From NCBI GenBank assembly GCA_035651755.1, contig DASRFA010000056.1:417846-481845 (forward strand): 64,000 bases of DNA. The letters are read 5' to 3'. This stretch comes from Candidatus Binatia bacterium (GTDB lineage Bacteria > Desulfobacterota > Binatia > UBA12015). This document shows positions 18,378-26,544 of this stretch, piece after piece. The notes beneath the pieces were generated by a model. That model did no database searches and had not been told where the DNA came from. It worked only from the letters and a program-made list of their open reading frames with translations. A program made the position numbers and the translations under genes. Numbering within the stretch: the stretch's first letter is position 1; the number at the start of each line of letters is the position of its first letter.

Positions 18378-19265
18378 ATGCGGCGGGCGGTACTGGTTCT
18401 GGTCGCGGCGATCGTCGGATGGTCGCTCGTCGACCTCGTGGTGACGCTGATCGCGACGCCGCCCGTCATCGTCGTGGGCGCCGGCGCTCCCGCCCTCGTC
18501 TTCGCACTCGCGATCGCGCGCGTCGACCCCGACCGCGCGCCGGCGGCACTGCTCGCGGCGGCGTTCGTGTGGGGCGCGTCGGTCGCGCCCCTGGTCTCGC
18601 TCGCGCTGAACGATTCCGTGCGCGCCTGGCTCGGGGCGACGATCGGCGCCCCGCGGACCGCCGTGCTCGCGCCGGCCGTCGTCGGCCCGCTGATCGAGGA
18701 GTCGGCGAAGGGCGCCGCGCTCGCGATGCTGGTGCTCGCGCGGCCGCGCGCGATCGCGGGGCCGATCGACGGCCTGGTCTACGGAGCGATGGTCGGCATC
18801 GGGTTCACGATGGCCGAGAACCTGTCCTACCTGGCGATCGCCGCGGTTCAGGGTGGGCAAGGCGGCCTCGAGCGCGCCGTCTACACGCGCGCCGTGCTCG
18901 GCGGCTTCAACCATGCAGCGTTCACGGCGACCACCGGCGCGGCGGTCGGAGCCGCCCTCCGGGGACGCGCGGGCGTGGCGCGCGCCGGCGCGATCGTCGC
19001 CGGCTTCACGGCCGCGGTCGTGCAGCACGCAATCTGGAACGTGGTGGGGTCGCGCGCGATCACGGCGCTGCTCTGCGACCCCGAGATCCCCGGTGGGCCC
19101 TGCCGCGCTTCGCCCGCAGCGCGCCGCCTTTACGTCGACATTCCGCTCGTCCTGGTGGCCTGTGTGGGGCCCGGCATCGCGGTCCTCGCGGTCGTCGCAG
19201 GGGCGGCGCGACACCGGGCGAGACGGCGTACGATCGCCGCGGGCGCGGGCGCGCGCGACGGCTGA
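18378..19265 (+). CDS. PrsW-family intramembrane metalloprotease
   Basis: Multiple TM helices, EESAKG, FTMAENLSY and the HAAFTATTG motifs are characteristic of PrsW/PF13367. Confidence 0.7.
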   Translation: MRRAVLVLVAAIVGWSLVDLVVTLIATPPVIVVGAGAPALVFALAIARVDPDRAPAALLAAAFVWGASVAPLVSLALNDSVRAWLGATIGAPRTAVLAPAVVGPLIEESAKGAALAMLVLARPRAIAGPIDGLVYGAMVGIGFTMAENLSYLAIAAVQGGQGGLERAVYTRAVLGGFNHAAFTATTGAAVGAALRGRAGVARAGAIVAGFTAAVVQHAIWNVVGSRAITALLCDPEIPGGPCRASPAARRLYVDIPLVLVACVGPGIAVLAVVAGAARHRARRRTIAAGAGARDG

Positions 19266-19322
19266 CGAGGAACGAACGGTGGCGGCGCGCCGCGCTCCTG
19301 GCCCGGAACCCTGGAGGGACGA

Positions 19323-19964
19323 ATGCGTGCGATTCTCCTCGCGGTCCTCGCGGCGACGGCGTGCGGCGCGCCGCGGCCCCGCCCACCGCTCCCCTTGCCG
19401 GTCGCAGCGCCGGGAGAGGTCCAGATCGCAGCGCGCGGCTTCGAGCCCGCGGGTGACGTCCGGATCGTCGAGGTCGCGGTCACGAGCGAGCACCCGGAGG
19501 CCCTGACGCTCGATCGCCGGCAGGTGTTCGCGCGCGTCGGCGATCCGACGAGCGGCGTGCCGGGACGCGTTGCCCCGCTCACGCCGCCCGAGGCCGCGCG
19601 GCTCGCCGGAAGCGAGGGCCTCCCCGGGGCGGCACGAGCGTCGGCGGCGGGCGCAGCGGAGGGCGGTCTGCGGGGCGCGGCGACCGGTGCCGTGACGGGC
19701 GGCGGAACGGGCGGTGCGATCGGCGCGGCGGTGGGTGCGATCGGCGGGATCTTCCGCGGCGCACAGCCGACGCCGCCCGACGTCGCGGGCTTCGAGGACC
19801 GCGCGCTGCCGGCGACGACCACCCTGCGGCCCGGCCTCTCCGCGACCGGTCTCGTCTACTTCCCGGCCGGCGACTACGGCTCGCTCGAGGTGCTCCTCGT
19901 CGGCGAGCACGAGATCGTTCGACTGGCGGTCCCGATCGCGCCCCCGGCGCCCGAGGAGCGCTGA
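19323..19964 (+). CDS. lipoprotein, hypothetical (glycine-zipper region)
   Basis: A signal peptide with lipobox LAATAC is followed by a G/A-rich segment GAATGAVTGGGTGGAIGAAVGAIGGIF. Confidence 0.5.
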   Translation: MRAILLAVLAATACGAPRPRPPLPLPVAAPGEVQIAARGFEPAGDVRIVEVAVTSEHPEALTLDRRQVFARVGDPTSGVPGRVAPLTPPEAARLAGSEGLPGAARASAAGAAEGGLRGAATGAVTGGGTGGAIGAAVGAIGGIFRGAQPTPPDVAGFEDRALPATTTLRPGLSATGLVYFPAGDYGSLEVLLVGEHEIVRLAVPIAPPAPEER

Positions 19965-20022
19965 CCGAGCTCTCGTCGCTCTCGAGAATCGGGCTCTCCA
20001 GAAGGCGCCGGGGGGCTGAGGG

Positions 20023-20784
20023 CTACGGCAGCGGCGGCAGGAACGCGCGATCGCTCGCGATCTCGTCGAGGAGCCACGGCCCGAGGCCGATCCGGACGAG
20101 GTGCTCGAGGCGATCGCTCCGCCAGTGCAGGCGGCTCGTGTCGAAGAACGGATCGTCGACCTTCACCTCGAGGCTCGCGATCGCCTCCTGGGTCGTCCGC
20201 TGCACGCTCTCGCGCGCGTTCATGCGCGCGAGCCACGCCGAGAGATCGGGCGTGTCCTCGCCGGGCGCGAGGCCGACGAACGCGCACGCGCCGAGGTGCG
20301 GCGAGAACGCGATGTCGGCGCGGGTGAACTTGCCGAGCAGGTACTCGCGGCCGGCGAGCCGGCGGTCGAGATCGGCGTACACGCGCCGCATCGCGGCCTC
20401 CGCGTTCGCCATCGCCTGCGGAAACTCCGCCGCGAGCGTCGGGCGGAAGAACTTGAACAGCAGGTAGCCGATCGCGGCCGCGTCGACCTGCGTGTCCGCG
20501 ACCAGCTCGAGCGCCCGGCAGCGCGCGCGCCCGGCCGCGTCGGCCGGGACGAGCGGCGGCGTCGGGTGCGTCTCCTCCAGGTACTCGGCGATGACCTTCG
20601 AGTCGAAGAGGACCGTGTCGCCGTCGACCAGCGCGGGCACCTCGGCGCGCGGGTTCAGGCGCTCGAGCGTCGCGCGCTGGCTCTCGCGGTGGATCTCCTC
20701 CTTCTCGAACGGGATCGCCTTCTCGTAGAGGATCGTCCGGATCTTCATCGCGTACGGGCTCAGCGGGTGATCGTAGAGCTTCAT
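20023..20784 (-). CDS. glutathione S-transferase
   Basis: A GST N-terminal thioredoxin-like fold (MKLYDHPLSPYAMKIR..VPALVD) and a C-terminal alpha domain are present. Confidence 0.8.
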   Translation of the reverse strand: MKLYDHPLSPYAMKIRTILYEKAIPFEKEEIHRESQRATLERLNPRAEVPALVDGDTVLFDSKVIAEYLEETHPTPPLVPADAAGRARCRALELVADTQVDAAAIGYLLFKFFRPTLAAEFPQAMANAEAAMRRVYADLDRRLAGREYLLGKFTRADIAFSPHLGACAFVGLAPGEDTPDLSAWLARMNARESVQRTTQEAIASLEVKVDDPFFDTSRLHWRSDRLEHLVRIGLGPWLLDEIASDRAFLPPLP

Positions 20785-20968
20785 CGAAGCCTCCTTGTGC
20801 GACCGGGGCTCTGCGAGATCGATGCCGTCACCGGCGAGCCGGATTCCCGCGCTCGCGCCGGCGCCGCGGTTGCAAGCGTGCCACGCGCGTTGCGCCGACG
20901 CACGACGTACCCGGCCGACAGCGCGGCGACTGCACCACGACGATCGACTACACGTGGTTCTTCCGTCG

Positions 20969-22315
20969 CTACAGCTGGCTCTTCGCGGGAATGGCGAACA
21001 GCTCGAAGAAGCGCTGCTTCAAGCCGCGCGACTGCCAATCCTCGTAGGTCACCTCCGGCGAGATGGCGACGTCGCGCCAGAAGGCGTCCTCGAGCTGCTT
21101 CGTCACGCCTTCATCGAGGATGGTCAGATTGATCTCGTCGTTCAGGTTGAACGACCGCGGGTCGAGGTTCGTGCTGCCGACGGTCGACCAGATGCCGTCG
21201 ACGGTCATCGTCTTCGCGTGCAGCAGCGCCGCCTTGTACTCGAAGACCCGCACTCCTCCCGCGAGCAGATCTCCGAGCTCGCCGCGCCCGGCATAGTGGA
21301 CGAGGTTCTGGTCGACTCGGGTGAGCTCGTGCTCGAGGCGCCCGGGCACCAGCACGACGACCTGGACGCCGCGGTGCGCCGCCGCGATGAACGCGTCCTT
21401 CATCGCGTCGTCGATCACGAAGTACGGGTTCGTCACGTAGATCGAGCGCCGCGCCGCGGTGATCGCGAGGAAGAACATCATGTACGAAGGCGACGTGCCG
21501 GCGCCCGGGGAGCTCTCGACGACCTCGGCCGTCACGCCGCCCGCCGGCTCGAGCGCCGGGAAGTAGTCGTCTCCCACGAGCGCGGTGTCCGTCGTCGCCC
21601 ACCAGTCCTGGACGAACGCGCCCTGGAGCTGCCGGACGACCGGCCCGCGGACCTCGACGTTCGTGTCGCGCCACACGTCGGGGTGCGCGCCGTCGCCCAT
21701 CCAGGCCTCGCTGATGCCGTAGCCGCCCGTGAAGCCGACCTCTCCGTCGACGACCAGGATCCGGCGGTGGGTGCGATTGTTGTACTCGAAGAGCTCCCAC
21801 GGCGTGAGGAAGCGGGTGGGGTGCAGCGGCCGGAACCATTCCAGCTCACAGCCCGAGCTCTCCAGCAGAGCGGCAAGGGGGTCGGGAATTCCCTTGGCGC
21901 CGACGGAATCGAGCAGCAGGTGCACCTTGACGCCGTTCCGGCACCGCTCCGCGAGCGCATTCACGAAGTCGTCGGCGATCGGGCCGGGGCCGAAGAAGTA
22001 TTGCTCCACGGTCACGCTGCGGCGGGCGCCGCGAATCGCCTCCAGCATGCGGGGGAAGGTGCCGTCGCCGTTCAGCAGGATCTCGACGCGATTGCCGGCG
22101 ACGAACTCCGAGTCGGTGTGCGCGGACGTGCTCGCGGGGAACGAGCGCTGTTCCACCTCGAGCGGCGCCGACACGCGCGGCGCGACGCGGGCGCACGAGA
22201 TCGACGAGACGGCGGCGGCGACGGCGCAGAGCCGGAGCGCGACGCGCATCCGGGCCAGGCGCCGGTCGGGGCCGCGTACAAGCCCGGCGAGGGTCGTGCC
22301 GATCGGCGCGGACAA
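20969..22315 (-). CDS. phospholipase D family protein, cardiolipin synthase-like (two HKD motifs)
   Basis: Two HxKxxxxD regions are present (HRRILVVDGEVGFTGG and HAKTMTVDGIWSTVGSTNLD). An alternative start is the ATG at 22249. Confidence 0.8.
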   Translation of the reverse strand: MSAPIGTTLAGLVRGPDRRLARMRVALRLCAVAAAVSSISCARVAPRVSAPLEVEQRSFPASTSAHTDSEFVAGNRVEILLNGDGTFPRMLEAIRGARRSVTVEQYFFGPGPIADDFVNALAERCRNGVKVHLLLDSVGAKGIPDPLAALLESSGCELEWFRPLHPTRFLTPWELFEYNNRTHRRILVVDGEVGFTGGYGISEAWMGDGAHPDVWRDTNVEVRGPVVRQLQGAFVQDWWATTDTALVGDDYFPALEPAGGVTAEVVESSPGAGTSPSYMMFFLAITAARRSIYVTNPYFVIDDAMKDAFIAAAHRGVQVVVLVPGRLEHELTRVDQNLVHYAGRGELGDLLAGGVRVFEYKAALLHAKTMTVDGIWSTVGSTNLDPRSFNLNDEINLTILDEGVTKQLEDAFWRDVAISPEVTYEDWQSRGLKQRFFELFAIPAKSQL

Positions 22316-22450
22316 GCCCTGCCGAGATCATTCGAGTCGAAATCGGGAGTCAAGGCCGCCACGTCGGCGCCGCCATCCGGACCGTCGTCCGACCCCGGTA
22401 CGTCGTCGATCCTGCCGGGGATCGGGACGGACGCTCGGCGATCCTCCGAG

Positions 22451-22524
22451 TGGTCGCACCGTGACTCGAACACGGGACCTCTTGCATGTGAGGCAAGCGC
22501 TCTAACCAGCTGAGCTATGCGACC
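22451..22524 (-). tRNA. tRNA-Val (anticodon CAC)
   Basis: The reverse complement folds as a cloverleaf. The acceptor stem GGTCGCA/TGCGACC pairs 7/7. The D-stem is GCTC/GAGC, the anticodon stem CTTGC/GCAAG with loop CT-CAC-AT, the T-arm CCGTG-TTCGAGT-CACGG, and the discriminator is A. CCA is not encoded. Confidence 0.8.
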
Positions 22525-22597
22525 GGGAAGACACCTCCGCTAGCAATCGCCCCCGGGTCGGTCAAAACCCGACGGGCGCTGGCGCGCCGACGACCCC

Positions 22598-23113
22598 TCA
22601 GCGCGTCTCCTGCCCGCGCAGGAACGCCGCGAGCTTCCGGACGTCCGGCAGCGCCTGCTCCATCCCCTCGCTGGCGCCGATCGTGCCCATGCACGTGTCG
22701 GTGTGGAGCCCGTGCGCCCCCTGCCGCGCGAAGACGAGGTACTTGGTACCCGGCTTGAACGCGACGCCGCACGCGCTGGCATCGGCGTGCGTCACGACCG
22801 TCACGTGGCCGGTCGCGCGCCCCTTCAGCGATTCCGTCACGTCGAAGCCGAAGGCGACGGCGTTCGGGTGGGCCGGGTCCTCGGCGTCGTGGCCGTGGAC
22901 GCCGGCGTGCGGGATCACGTCCTCGTGCGCGGGCGTCGGGCCCTCGACCACCGTTCCGACGAACACGTCGCTCGCGCGGTCGAACTCGGAAGCGCGCGAT
23001 CCGGACGTGCAGCTGCAGGCGACGGCGTCGGGCGCGAAGCTGCCCATCGCCCACGCGAACGAGGCGAGGAGGAAGAAGGGGCGGGAAGCGGTGACGACGG
23101 CTCGGAATTTCAT
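22598..23113 (-). CDS. secreted TIMP/NTR-like protein (paralog 1), predicted mature N-terminus Cys-Ser-Cys
   Basis: The signal peptide ends AVA|CSC. The mature region carries TIMP N-domain motifs: CSC..S..F..A.DVFVGTV, SLKGRA, ACGV.F..G.KYLVFAR and HTDTCMG. Confidence 0.65.
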   Translation of the reverse strand: MKFRAVVTASRPFFLLASFAWAMGSFAPDAVACSCTSGSRASEFDRASDVFVGTVVEGPTPAHEDVIPHAGVHGHDAEDPAHPNAVAFGFDVTESLKGRATGHVTVVTHADASACGVAFKPGTKYLVFARQGAHGLHTDTCMGTIGASEGMEQALPDVRKLAAFLRGQETR

Positions 23114-23616
23114 GGCGACTTGGATCCCTCCACCGGCTGCGCGGCCGCCGACGACAGGCGCCGCACCTCGGCGACGGCCGCGTCGAGCTTCTCGCCCGAT
23201 ACGTTGCCCATGCAGAGGTCGGTTTGCAGCGCCGCCTTCGCGGTGTCGCGGCGCGCGAACACCAGGTAGGTCTGGCCCTTCTCGAACGTGACGCCGCAGG
23301 CCGCCGCGCCGCTCGGCGTCGCGACCTCGAGCTTCTTCGCGGCGCCGCCCTTGAACGATTCGCCGACCTCGAGCACCCAGCGCACCTGGCGGGTGCTCAC
23401 GGCGGTCGTGCCGCCGTCCGGCGGCGCCTGGTCGCCGGGCGGGGTCACCGGGCCCTCGGACGCGGTCGCGACGAAGACGTCGGTCGCGCGCTCGTACTGG
23501 GAAGCGAGCGACTCGGGCACGCAGCTGCAGGCGGCCGACTCCCGCGCGAGCAGGGCTGCGGAGGCGACGACGGCGCCGAGCGCGGCCGCGCGGACGGAGC
23601 GGAAGAGCGGGGTCAT
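23110..23616 (-). CDS. secreted TIMP/NTR-like protein (paralog 2), predicted mature N-terminus Cys-Ser-Cys
   Basis: The internal ATG at 23614-23616 gives MTPLFRSVRAAALGAVVASAALLARESAA|CSCVPES. The mature region aligns motif-by-motif with vertebrate N-TIMP: CSCVP..F..ATDVFVA, WVLEVGESFKG, TPSGAAACGVTFEKGQTYLVFAR and QTDLCMG. Confidence 0.7.
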   Translation of the reverse strand: MTPLFRSVRAAALGAVVASAALLARESAACSCVPESLASQYERATDVFVATASEGPVTPPGDQAPPDGGTTAVSTRQVRWVLEVGESFKGGAAKKLEVATPSGAAACGVTFEKGQTYLVFARRDTAKAALQTDLCMGNVSGEKLDAAVAEVRRLSSAAAQPVEGSKSP

Positions 23617-23730
23617 GCGCGAAATCCTATCACCGGCCGGCGGCGCCGTCGCGTGCCATGCCGGGCGCGATGCCGTACAACCGACGTCGGGCCGGCCCGT
23701 CGCCGATCGCGGTCGCAGCCCGCCGACGCC

Positions 23731-24906
23731 ATGGATTTCGCCTACACGGCCGAGCAGGAGCGCTTCCGCGCGGAGGTGCGGACCTTCCTCGAGCGCGCCC
23801 TGCCCGCCGGGTGGGGCACCGCGTCGTATCGCCCGCCGCGCGAGGCCGCGGAGATCGTGGCATTCGATCGCGCCTTCCAGAAGAAGCTCTACGACGCCGG
23901 CTACAGCGGCCTCTCGTGGCCGAAGGAGTACGGCGGGCGGGGCGCGAGCCTCGTCGAGCAGATCATCTTCATGGAGGAGACCGCGCGCGCGAAGGCGCCG
24001 CTCCCGGTGAACCTCGCAGGTTTGACGATGGCCGGGCCCGTTCTCATCAAGCACGGGACCGAGAAGCAGAAGGCACGCTTCCTCCGGCCGATCCTCACCT
24101 CCGACGAGATCTGGTGCCAGGGCTTCTCGGAGCCCGGCGCCGGCTCCGACCTCGCGTCGCTCCGAACCAGCGCCGTCCTCGACGGCGACGACTTCCTCGT
24201 GAACGGCCAGAAGGTCTGGACGAGCTGGGCGCACCAGGCCGACTGGTGCATGCTCCTCGTCCGCACCGACCCGCAGGCGCCGAAGCACAAGGGCATCACC
24301 TTCCTCGTCGTCGACATGCGGTCGCCCGGGATCACCGTCCGGCCGCTCCGCCAGATCAGCGGCGACGACGACTTCAACGAGCTGTTCTTCGACAATCTGA
24401 GAGTGCCGCGCGAAAACGTGATCGGCGAGGTGAACCGCGGCTGGGAGATCGCGATCACCTGCCTCATGCACGAGCGCGCGACGCTCACGTTCCAGCGCCA
24501 GCTCCAGTCGCGCACGGCATTCGCCGACATGCTGCCACACCTGCGCGAGCGCGCGGTCGGCGACGCGGCGCTGCGCCAGAAGGTCGCACAGCTCCATCTC
24601 GAGGGCGAGATCATCCGCTTGACGGCATACCGCGGCTTGACGCAGCAGCTGCGCGGCCGGCCGCCCGGGCCCGAGGGATCGATCGAGAAGCTCTTCTGGA
24701 GCGAGATGTACCAGCGCCAGCTCGAGGCGATGCTGGAAACGCTCGGCCCGTACGCGCAGCTCATGCCCGACTCGCCGCGCGCCGTCGACGACGGGCGCTG
24801 GCCGCACCTCTTCCTCTACTCGCGCGGCCGGACGATCGCCGCGGGAACTTCCGAGGTGCAGCGGAACATCATCGCCGACCGCGTGCTCGGCCTGCCGCGG
24901 TCGTAG
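23731..24906 (+). CDS. acyl-CoA dehydrogenase family protein
   Basis: The ACAD N, middle beta-barrel (IWCQGFSEPGAGSDLA) and C-terminal domains are present. The ATG at 23731 follows an arginine-rich leader in the track ORF. Confidence 0.85.
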   Translation: MDFAYTAEQERFRAEVRTFLERALPAGWGTASYRPPREAAEIVAFDRAFQKKLYDAGYSGLSWPKEYGGRGASLVEQIIFMEETARAKAPLPVNLAGLTMAGPVLIKHGTEKQKARFLRPILTSDEIWCQGFSEPGAGSDLASLRTSAVLDGDDFLVNGQKVWTSWAHQADWCMLLVRTDPQAPKHKGITFLVVDMRSPGITVRPLRQISGDDDFNELFFDNLRVPRENVIGEVNRGWEIAITCLMHERATLTFQRQLQSRTAFADMLPHLRERAVGDAALRQKVAQLHLEGEIIRLTAYRGLTQQLRGRPPGPEGSIEKLFWSEMYQRQLEAMLETLGPYAQLMPDSPRAVDDGRWPHLFLYSRGRTIAAGTSEVQRNIIADRVLGLPRS

Positions 24907-24929
24907 ACGGGCACGCTCCCGAAGGCGAC

Positions 24930-26516
24930 GTGCGCATCCCCGATCTCACGCTCGCGACCCTGCAGGGAGAGAAGCTGCGCCTTCGCCCCGAGCCGCCAGG
25001 CGTACGCCTCCTCCTCGTCTACAAGCGCGACTGCGAGACCTGCGGTCTCGTCCTGCCCGTGCTCGAGCGCCTCTCGCGACCGCTGCACGCGCGCGGCCTC
25101 GAGACGATCGGCGTCTCGCAGAGCGACGCCGACGCGACGCTCGACGCGATCAACGAGCACGGCCTCTGCTTTCCGCAGGCGCTCGATTCGGACCTCGCGC
25201 TGTCGTTCGCGCTCGAGATGGAGGTCGTCCCCGCGGTCGTGCTCGTGGACGCGGAAGGCGAGGTGCTCGACCGCACCGACGCGCTCGACCTCGACGCCCT
25301 GACGCGAGTGCTGCACGCGGCCGGCGACCGCGCCGGCGTCGAGCGCGCCGAGATCGACCGCGCGCTCGCTCCATTCCGCCTACCCTCCTTCCGCCCGGGC
25401 TGCGCCTCGCGAACGCTCGACGCCGGCGTGCAGCGCCGGCGCGACCTCGAGCGCGGACGAGGACGCCTCGCGGCGCGGCGCTTCGAGGTCGGCGACGACG
25501 AGGACGAGCACGAGGCGCTCTTCGCGCGCGGCGTGACCGACGGGCTCCCGGTCGTGCCGCCGACCGAGGAGCGCGTGATCCGGATGCTCGCCGGCACGCC
25601 GCGCGACCCGCAGGACGTCGTCGCGCTCGTGCCGCCGAACCTGGCGCCCGCGACGATCGAGAAGATCGCGATCAACGCCGTCATGGCCGGCTGCAAGCCG
25701 GAATACCTGCCGGTCGTGATCGCAGCGGTCGAGGCCGCGTGCACCGACGAGTTCAACATGCACGGCGTCCTCGCGACGACGTACTTCGCCGCGCCGCTCG
25801 TGATCGTGAACGGCCCCATCCGGAAGCGCATCGGCCTCAACTCCGGCATCAACGTGTTCGGCCAGGGCCACCGCGCGAACGCGACGATCGGCCGCGCGCT
25901 GAACCTCGTCGTCCGGAACGTGGGCGGCGGGCGCCCCGGCGAGGTCGATCGCGCCACGCTGGGACAGCCCGGCAAGTTCACGTACTGCATCGCCGAGAAC
26001 GAGGAGGCGAGCCCGTGGCCGCCGCTCCACGTCGAGCGCGGCTTCGCCGCCGAGGACTCGACGGTCACGCTCTTCGCCGCCGAGGCCCCGCGCGCGATCG
26101 TCGACCAGACGAGCCGAACGGCGGCCGGCCTCGTCAAGTCGCTCGGCCTCGCGATGGAGAGCGTCGCGCACCCGCGCGCACACGGCTACGGCGACATCGT
26201 CCTCGTCCTCCCGCCCGAGCACGTCGCGACGATTCGGCGCGACGGCTGGACGAAGGACGACGTGCGCCGGCGCATCCAGGAGGTGACGGCGCGGCCGCTC
26301 GCGGAGCTCTTCGCCGACGAGGAGTGCCGGGAAGGTCTCCCGCGCGCGCTCGCAGGCAATCGCGATCCGGCGACCGTGACGCTTCCGAAGTTCCGGAGCT
26401 CGGAGATGATCCACATCGTCGTCGCGGGCGGCCCGGCCGGGAAGTTCTCGGCCGTGATCGGCGGCTGGGTGCAGGGGCCGATGGGCTCGACGATGGTGAC
26501 GCGGAAGATCGGCTGA
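24930..26516 (+). CDS. thioredoxin-fold (CxxC, TlpA/redoxin-like) N-domain fused to ~380-aa domain of unknown function
   Basis: A GTG at 24930 is preceded by GAAGGCGA. The redoxin motif is YKRDCETCGLVLP. The C-terminal domain (AINAVMAGCKPEY..NSGINVFGQGHRAN..) was not recognised. It lies 24 nt after the ACAD stop on the same strand. Confidence 0.55.
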   Translation: MRIPDLTLATLQGEKLRLRPEPPGVRLLLVYKRDCETCGLVLPVLERLSRPLHARGLETIGVSQSDADATLDAINEHGLCFPQALDSDLALSFALEMEVVPAVVLVDAEGEVLDRTDALDLDALTRVLHAAGDRAGVERAEIDRALAPFRLPSFRPGCASRTLDAGVQRRRDLERGRGRLAARRFEVGDDEDEHEALFARGVTDGLPVVPPTEERVIRMLAGTPRDPQDVVALVPPNLAPATIEKIAINAVMAGCKPEYLPVVIAAVEAACTDEFNMHGVLATTYFAAPLVIVNGPIRKRIGLNSGINVFGQGHRANATIGRALNLVVRNVGGGRPGEVDRATLGQPGKFTYCIAENEEASPWPPLHVERGFAAEDSTVTLFAAEAPRAIVDQTSRTAAGLVKSLGLAMESVAHPRAHGYGDIVLVLPPEHVATIRRDGWTKDDVRRRIQEVTARPLAELFADEECREGLPRALAGNRDPATVTLPKFRSSEMIHIVVAGGPAGKFSAVIGGWVQGPMGSTMVTRKIG

Positions 26517-26544
26517 GCCGTCGTCTCGACGATCCGCTCGGCGA

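Noticed and set aside
16721-19910. Long minus-strand ORFs (16721..17821 and 18237..19910) antisense to the sigma-54 regulator, PrsW and lipoprotein genes
   Set aside because: They have no recognisable domains and are antisense to genes with strong motif support.
20795-22513. 572-aa + strand ORF overlapping the PLD-family gene and the tRNA
   Set aside because: It is antisense to a two-HKD phospholipase D protein. It is arginine-rich and runs across the tRNA.
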